This document shows, piece by piece, positions 16,467-21,855 of a stretch of DNA of 21,855 bases. The stretch's first letter is position 1; every line of letters starts with the position of its first letter. The stretch spans positions 1 to 21,855 of the forward strand of contig JAZDIZ010000200.1 in assembly GCA_043804515.1 (NCBI GenBank). Reading direction: 5' to 3'. This DNA is from Pseudomonadota bacterium (GTDB lineage: Bacteria; Bdellovibrionota_G; JALEGL01; DATDPG01). The translations under genes were made by a program, and so were the position numbers. A model generated the notes under the pieces. That model worked only from the letters and a program-made list of their open reading frames with translations, was not told the DNA's origin and made no database searches.

Positions 16467-17768
16467 CTAGAGACACCCTGCTAACTGATCCCAACTGTAG
16501 AACGTGACGGCCTGCTCGTCCCTGGCGGTCGCGAGGTCCAGAATCTTCTTTTCAATCTCCAGCACAAGGTCGTCGTCGTACCCCGTCTTCGTCTCCTCGA
16601 TCTTTCTTGTCTCGCTCGCCAGCTGGAGATCCACGAGGTCTTCCTTCACCTTATCGTCCATCAGGCCGCGCTGAGCGACCGGCGTGCGGCTGAGAACGTG
16701 ACCGAACTCGTGAGCGAGAGAAGCCGCTCTATAGAGGCGCCCCTTTCCCCCGTAAATCTCGTTCAGAACGTCGGATCGGTCCTCACCGTAATGTGTGCGC
16801 ACGTGCTCCTCCGAATCTCCTCGGGTCAGTCTGGCCAGATATCGGTTCCAGTCGTTTGTGTCCGGGAATTGCGGCGTGAAAACGATCGGCGGGGCCGATG
16901 GGGTGAGGTAGCTGAAAGAAGTGTACATGGGCACGAAAGACTCCGGGGCCTCGGACAAGTTCCATTCCTGCCTGGCGAGCTCCAGCGTGGCCCAGCGGAA
17001 TTGCCCGTGTTGCTTCATGTTCCTGAGGATCTCGGCCAACCTTCCATTGCATGTGGAAATGAGTTTGATCGCGTCCGAAACGGCAGGATCGTATGACACC
17101 GGAAATTCTTGATATTTCTTAACGTTGCCTTCCTGCTCGTGTCGCAGAAGAGTTCGGAACTCGTTCCGGGCTGCCTCCAGGAACCTGCGTGCGGCGTTTT
17201 TTACGTCCTCCGTATTCCAAGTCCTGGCGTTCGGATCGATGTCGCCGATACGCTGGATCGTCGAGTCTGCTGGGGGCGCGTTTGGGGCGGCGCCGGGAGG
17301 GAAGAGTTTAGGGCGGTTTTTCTCATAGGCGTCGGCCCAGAGCTGATACATCAGAACATAGTATTTCCTGGCGGCCTGAATGGGGTCCAAAGTCGCCTGG
17401 GTGAAAAAATCGTCCAAGACCGTCCGAAGCAAGGGAACGGACGTCCTCTTTAACGTCTCTCTTAATACGGCCCTCCGCCAGGCGTCCCGTTTCTTCCCTT
17501 GCGTGGAACGAACGGAGGCCTGGTAGCCCTTTTCCAGTCCGAGCTTGCGCAATCCGAAGTATGTCTTCCACTCCACTTGGCCCGACGAATCGTACTCGTA
17601 GACCACGGAAAAACCGGGAGGATAGTCGATCCGCGTTACATGCAGCTTTCCGTCGCGCGCGATCGAACGAGTAAGGGGCCCGGCGGGGGCTTCGGCCGAT
17701 GGAAGAAACCATACGGCCGCCGCCGCGATACCGGCGAAAAAGAGACGACCTGACCGAAAGAAACCCAC
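16467..17768 (-). CDS. Exported HExxH zinc-metallopeptidase-like protein with a YD-like N-terminal hairpin
   Basis: Track ORF extends to 17852. GTG 17768 gives a clean signal peptide (GFFRSGRLFFAGIAAAAVWFLPSAEA). SLAHEFGHVL (HEFGH at 16698-16712) with Glu 19 aa after the second His (EDLVD). N-terminal RIDYPPGFSVVYEYDSSGQ. Confidence 0.7.
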   Translation of the reverse strand: MGFFRSGRLFFAGIAAAAVWFLPSAEAPAGPLTRSIARDGKLHVTRIDYPPGFSVVYEYDSSGQVEWKTYFGLRKLGLEKGYQASVRSTQGKKRDAWRRAVLRETLKRTSVPLLRTVLDDFFTQATLDPIQAARKYYVLMYQLWADAYEKNRPKLFPPGAAPNAPPADSTIQRIGDIDPNARTWNTEDVKNAARRFLEAARNEFRTLLRHEQEGNVKKYQEFPVSYDPAVSDAIKLISTCNGRLAEILRNMKQHGQFRWATLELARQEWNLSEAPESFVPMYTSFSYLTPSAPPIVFTPQFPDTNDWNRYLARLTRGDSEEHVRTHYGEDRSDVLNEIYGGKGRLYRAASLAHEFGHVLSRTPVAQRGLMDDKVKEDLVDLQLASETRKIEETKTGYDDDLVLEIEKKILDLATARDEQAVTFYSWDQLAGCL

Positions 17769-17863
17769 AGGTCCGCAATACCTACTAATGATGGCGCACC
17801 GTGTCAACACAAGGGACGGGGGTGAATTGTGGAGTAATTCGGCATCACGCATTTATCCTAACA

Positions 17864-17876
17864 AATCAAGTAGTTA
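17864..17876 (+). promoter_or_regulatory. IHF-like binding site
   Basis: AATCAAGTAGTTA is an exact match to WATCAANNNNTTR, in an AT-rich intergenic patch. Confidence 0.45.
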
Positions 17877-17953
17877 AAAGAGTGGCTTTGCGAAAAGGGG
17901 ACGGAGGTCGGTGGAAGAGGTCCGCCAACGCTCGCTCTTTTCTTCTCTTAGAA

Positions 17954-18019
17954 GCGCCCCGCAAGTCCGGCCGTCCATCGCTGATCTCCCGTGACGCTTA
18001 TAAGCGCGATCAAACAATC
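17954..18019 (+). repeat. Dispersed intergenic repeat, copy B
   Basis: 53/66 identical to 7825..7890. Shorter degenerate copies follow at about 18089-18123 and 18141-18185. Confidence 0.85.
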
Positions 18020-18235
18020 AATAGCGGTTCGGCGGCGGTGGGGCCTCCTGAGGAGGCGTGCGCAGCGACACGATCTACGACGATTAGCTTCTTTACTTAA
18101 GAAGCGCCCAGCAAGCCCGGCCGCGACGATCGACCAGGTTCGCTTTTTTCTTCTTTATATTAGAAGCGCCATGGAAGTTCGGCGGTGAATAAGATGTTCG
18201 TGTTATCGCTTCGTCATCGTTTTGAAATGAGGGCG

Positions 18236-18315
18236 GTTGCGCGGGTGGCGCAGCTGGGGGTCCCCGTCCGAGGGCTCGCAGGACGGGGGTGCACAGCGCA
18301 GCCAGGCCCCGCAAC
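18236..18315. repeat. 80-nt imperfect palindrome (REP-like hairpin) downstream of the diguanylate cyclase gene
   Basis: Nested pairings GTTGCG/CGCAAC, GGG/CCC, TGGC/GCCA, GCTG/CAGC and CCCCGTCC/GGACGGGG. Confidence 0.65.
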
Positions 18316-18349
18316 ACAATTCTTGTTTCTTAAGAGATGAACGAAAAGA

Positions 18350-19432
18350 TTACGCTTTCACGCAGTTGCGGCCGGCTTGCTTCGCGCGATATAGCGCTTG
18401 ATCCACCATCTCCACGAACTGCGTGGGATTCTTCACGTCCTTCGTGAGCGTTGACACTCCGAACGAGATCGTCACGGGAATCGCCTTTCCCGCGTGTTCG
18501 AACGAAGTACTCTCCACCAGCTTGCGCAGCTTTTCCGCCAGAAACAGCGCGTTCTTGTGCGGCGTTTCGGGGAGGAGCACGCCGAATTCCTCGCCCCCGT
18601 ATCTCCCGCACAGGTCTTCTTTCCGGAGGTTCCGCTGGATCAGCGACGAAGCCTTCTTCAGGATCTCGTCCCCGGCAAGATGCCCGTGCGTGTCGTTGAT
18701 CCTCTTGAAGTGGTCGAAATCGAAAAAGAGCAGCGACAGCGAGCGGTCGTACCGTTTCGAACGGCTGAATTCCTCCGCCAGCCGGTCCAGGAAGAAGTTC
18801 TTGTTGAACAGGCCCGTCAGGCCGTCGATCGTGGCGAGGCGGTAGATCTCCTCGTGGTACTGGTGCTCGATTGAGAACGTGGACATGAACTTCAAGATCG
18901 TGTTCCCGATCAGGACCAGGTCCCCGTCGCGGAGGGGCTTCGATTTGATCTTCCTCGTGTTGACGAACGTCCCGTTCGTGGAGTTCTGGTCCTCCAGAAT
19001 CAGGTCGTCGCCTTTTCTCATAACGATCGCGTGAAGCCGTGAGACGTTCTCCTCGTTGATCCGGATGTGCGCCGTCTCTCCGCGGCCGATCAGCGTTTCA
19101 TCCGTCAGCAGATCGAATTTCTTCCCCAGCTCGGCGCCGTGGATCGTAATGAGACAGGGGATGTCCCCCGACTGGGCCTGCTCTTTGACCAGCTCGTCCG
19201 ACTCCGAGACGATCGTCTTTTCCTCGGTGTTCTCCTCGCCGTGACGAGGATGCGAAATCTGGGAGCTGTACTCGTTGTAATACGTCTCGAGGCACCGGGA
19301 GCAGGCGCCCTGATCCGGCTTCCAATTGGGCTGCGCCGCCTTGATGAAATCCACCAAGTGCGTGTCGTTGAGGTAGTGACGCGTGAGATCCGATTCATCG
19401 ATCGGCAAACCGCATAGGGGACAATTGCGCAT
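18350..19432 (-). CDS. FHA-GGDEF diguanylate cyclase with an N-terminal putative Zn-binding module (DgcB-like architecture)
   Basis: FHA motifs IGR, VSRLHA, STNGTFVN. GGDEF motifs DGLTGLFN, DFDHFKRINDTHGHLAGD, I-site RKED, RYGGEEF, DQALYRAKQAGRN. N-terminal CPLC...H...CSRC. Confidence 0.95.
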   Translation of the reverse strand: MRNCPLCGLPIDESDLTRHYLNDTHLVDFIKAAQPNWKPDQGACSRCLETYYNEYSSQISHPRHGEENTEEKTIVSESDELVKEQAQSGDIPCLITIHGAELGKKFDLLTDETLIGRGETAHIRINEENVSRLHAIVMRKGDDLILEDQNSTNGTFVNTRKIKSKPLRDGDLVLIGNTILKFMSTFSIEHQYHEEIYRLATIDGLTGLFNKNFFLDRLAEEFSRSKRYDRSLSLLFFDFDHFKRINDTHGHLAGDEILKKASSLIQRNLRKEDLCGRYGGEEFGVLLPETPHKNALFLAEKLRKLVESTSFEHAGKAIPVTISFGVSTLTKDVKNPTQFVEMVDQALYRAKQAGRNCVKA

Positions 19433-19479
19433 GGTTGTGGGCTGAAAAACGTCTGTAATTTTAAAGAGTTACGCCCACC

Positions 19480-19509
19480 ATGATACGGCCCAGGCCCTTT
19501 TCTTGTCAA
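19480..19509 (-). promoter_or_regulatory. Sigma70 promoter for the diguanylate cyclase gene
   Basis: Minus strand TTGACA-N18-TATCAT, with the -10 element about 48 bp upstream of ATG 19432. Confidence 0.6.
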
Positions 19510-19552
19510 GGCGACACTGTTTTCTGCTAAAGACCGGCTCTGGACCTGTCTT

Positions 19553-20011
19553 ATGCGCAAGCGCCGAATCCCCTTGAAGGCTCCCCAATCGATCGGCCAG
19601 ATTCTGCCGGCGGCGATCGCCTCTCACCCCCGCGCCAAGCACCTTCTAGAGCTCTATCGCATCCGGAGGGCCTGGCCCGAAATCGTCGGTGAGGAGCTGG
19701 CCCGCAGGACGCAGCCGATGAGAATCCGGGGCACCGTCCTGACCGTGGGCGTGGAGAGCTCCGTCTGGGCGCACCACCTCTCCATGATGCGTGAACAAAT
19801 TTTGGACGTAATCCTAAGCCGCGCCGCCGGCCGTTTCACCGACATCCGCTTCGTCAACGAGCCCATCCGTTTTTTGGAAACGAAACCTCAGGCCGACACC
19901 GTCAAGGCCCGGAAGGAAGGGGACGTGCAGGGCGCCGCGGATCTTTTGACGATGCTCAACCGGCTTCGGCTGAAAGCGCTGGAGCTTCAATCCCGGCGCG
20001 AGAAGCACTGA
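19553..20011 (+). CDS. dciA: DUF721/DciA family protein (replicative helicase loader)
   Basis: PQSIGQIL..WPEIVGEELARRTQP...LTVGVESSVWAHHL...EQIL...DIRF fits the DUF721 pattern. Confidence 0.85.
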   Translation: MRKRRIPLKAPQSIGQILPAAIASHPRAKHLLELYRIRRAWPEIVGEELARRTQPMRIRGTVLTVGVESSVWAHHLSMMREQILDVILSRAAGRFTDIRFVNEPIRFLETKPQADTVKARKEGDVQGAADLLTMLNRLRLKALELQSRREKH

Positions 20012-20112
20012 ACCCCCCGGCCTGGGAGAGACGAAGTCACGGTCCCTACGTGCAGCCGTTCGAACCCGACTGACAAATCAGACTGGTGCAGGAATTGCAT
20101 TGGTCTTCGATC

Positions 20113-20421
20113 GTGAAATCAAAAGCAGTGCAAGTTCTTTCTTCAGGAGACCTTGAGGGATCCATTCACGAAGTTCGAGGCCGCCGAGTCATTCTGGACT
20201 CGGATTTGGCAGTCCTCTATGGCGTTTCCACGGGACGTCTGAATGAACAGGTCAAACGAAACCGCGAACGGTTTCCAGAGGACTTTGCCTTTCGCCTTAC
20301 AAATCAAGAAGTTGAGAGTTTGATATCGCAATTTGCGACATCAAACATGGGAAGAGGTGGGCGACGGAAACTGCCCCTGGCATTCACAGAACATGGCGCC
20401 ATCATGGCAGCCAATATCTAA
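20113..20421 (+). pseudogene. Truncated ORF6N-domain (phage antirepressor-like DNA-binding) protein
   Basis: IHEVRGRRVILDSDLAVLYGVSTGRLNEQVKRNRERFPEDFAFRLT..GGRRKLPLAFTEHGAIMAANI then stop, where homologs usually continue (..LNS..A...VVRAF). Start uncertain (20086 or 20113). Confidence 0.75.
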
Positions 20422-20458
20422 TCTTTGGAATACGACGGCAATCATAGGGACAACCGGC

Positions 20459-21855
20459 TTACTTCGCGGGACGGAAGCGTGCAAAGATCTGCTTGATCGC
20501 GGTGCTCGCCAGCTGCGCCTCCGGCACGCGGAAGAGCGCTAGGACCGCTCCGTAAGTAACGATGGCCACCAGGATCGGAACGAACGTTTCCAACGCCGCG
20601 CCGGAGAGTCCCGCCCCGATTCCGTGAAGCGCCTGGTACGTTTTCCACGCCGCAAACGCCATCGCGGCCGTCGCCACACCGAACTGCGCGAGCCGTTTTC
20701 CGATCAGGCCCAGAGGAAGGCCGTGGTGGCGCCGCTGGAACCAATAAAAAAGAAGGAGAATGTTGGTCGTGGCTGCGAGCGATGTTCCGAACGCCAACCC
20801 CTGATAACCGAACCTCCGGTACATCGCCACGTTGAAGCCTACGTTCATGAGCATCGCGGCCACGCTGGCGATCATGGGAGAGCGCGCATCCTTGAGGGCG
20901 TAGAACGCGGGCGCCAGGACCTTCACGGCTGCATATGAAGGTAGGCCGATCGCATAGAACGAAAGCGCGCCCGCCGTGGCGATCGTGTCGGACGAAGTGA
21001 AAGCTCCGTGCTCGTAGATGAGCCGGATGATCGGAACGCCCAGAACCCAAAGCCCCACGGCCGAGGGGAGTGTCAGGAGGAGAACCAGGTTCAGCGACGT
21101 CGTGAGGTTCTGGCGGAAATCCTCGGCCGAGGCTTTCGCCGCGTCCTTCGAAACTCTGGAAAGCGTCACGACGCCGATCGCAACGCCGAAAATCCCGATC
21201 GGAAGCTGGATCATTCTAAAAGCATAATTGAGCCACGAAGGGCTTCCCTGCTGGAGAAAAGACGCCAGGATCGTGTTCACCAGGATGTTGATCTGCGTGG
21301 CCGAGAGTCCCACGATGGCCGGAAGCATCAGGAGGCCGATTTGGTTGAGCCCCGGACTCGCTCTCCATCCCGAGAACTTCGGCTTCCACCGCCAGCCGAG
21401 GCGGACAAGCTGCGGCACCTGGATCAACGCTTGCGCAACGCCGCCCAAAAGCGTTCCCACCGACCACCCGATCACCGTGGCGCGGGGCGGAAGATCCCAA
21501 GCCCACAGGCCCACGCCGGCCAGGATCGTGACAATATTGAACATGACCGGAGCGAACGCCGGCAGAGCGAACCGCTCCTTGGAGTTGAGCATCCCCATGA
21601 ACACCGCGGCGATCGCGATCGTGGGCAGGAACGGAAACATGATCCTGGCGAGAAGGACCGTGAGCTCCCCTTTTCCTGGGATGTCCCCGAACCCGGGGGC
21701 GATGAGCCCCACGACCTGGGGCGTGAAGATCATTCCGAGGAGCGTCAGCGAACCGACCAAAAAGAGTAGGACGCCGATGACCAGATTGGCCAGATCCCAC
21801 GCCGCTTCGTGCGAGCGCTTGACGTCGTACTCCGTGAACGTTGGAACGAACGCGC
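20459..21855 (-). CDS. murJ: Lipid II flippase MurJ (MviN), 5' end outside the window
   Basis: Frame is open to the edge (AFVPTFTEY...). Motifs IAPGF, ARIMFPFL, FALPAFAPVMFN, QINILVN, LNYAFRMIQLPIGIFGVA, LIYEHGAF, KVLAPAFYA; many TM helices. Confidence 0.97.
   Translation of the reverse strand, partial: AFVPTFTEYDVKRSHEAAWDLANLVIGVLLFLVGSLTLLGMIFTPQVVGLIAPGFGDIPGKGELTVLLARIMFPFLPTIAIAAVFMGMLNSKERFALPAFAPVMFNIVTILAGVGLWAWDLPPRATVIGWSVGTLLGGVAQALIQVPQLVRLGWRWKPKFSGWRASPGLNQIGLLMLPAIVGLSATQINILVNTILASFLQQGSPSWLNYAFRMIQLPIGIFGVAIGVVTLSRVSKDAAKASAEDFRQNLTTSLNLVLLLTLPSAVGLWVLGVPIIRLIYEHGAFTSSDTIATAGALSFYAIGLPSYAAVKVLAPAFYALKDARSPMIASVAAMLMNVGFNVAMYRRFGYQGLAFGTSLAATTNILLLFYWFQRRHHGLPLGLIGKRLAQFGVATAAMAFAAWKTYQALHGIGAGLSGAALETFVPILVAIVTYGAVLALFRVPEAQLASTAIKQIFARFRPAK

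Noticed and set aside
17769..17852. Track start (17852) for the HExxH protein
   Set aside because: It would bury the signal peptide. A minus-strand TTGACA (17802-17807) within the extension suggests promoter DNA, so GTG 17768 is preferred though not certain.
17933..18185. Possible CRISPR array from the three similar motifs
   Set aside because: Copies are too divergent, spacing is irregular (150 vs 62 bp), and no cas genes are in the window.
18240..18317. tRNA-fMet-like look (CGCGGGTGGCGCAGCTGG...GGCCCCGCAAC)
   Set aside because: No TTC T-loop, no proper anticodon arm and no CCA. The region folds better as one long hairpin.
5600..18350. Calling the accessory block a prophage or integrative element
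   Set aside because: No integrase, transposase, phage structural gene or tRNA attachment site is visible.

Overview
GC-rich bacterial chromosome segment. Gene content suggests Bdellovibrionota/Myxococcota-like deltaproteobacteria (inference). A housekeeping backbone (murJ partial, dciA/DUF721, an FHA-GGDEF diguanylate cyclase, and translationally coupled mutL-miaA-accA) is interrupted by a ~12.7 kb accessory block (5.6-18.3 kb) of predicted exported proteins. Its core is a + strand operon: a lipoprotein with a compact 8-Cys disintegrin-like module, a 2373-aa signal-peptide-bearing SpvB/FG-GAP/YD-RHS protein with an unrecognised ~341-aa C-terminal cargo, and an exported candidate immunity protein. 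Around it lie an LRR-TPR protein, a MORN-PepSY protein and an HExxH metalloprotease-like protein. An ~80% identical 66-bp intergenic direct repeat brackets the RHS operon plus the HExxH gene. Downstream of accA, two exported proteins share three copies of an unrecognised ~125-aa two-Cys domain. A truncated ORF6N remnant lies between dciA and murJ. All calls come from reading motifs by eye; no database searches were run.
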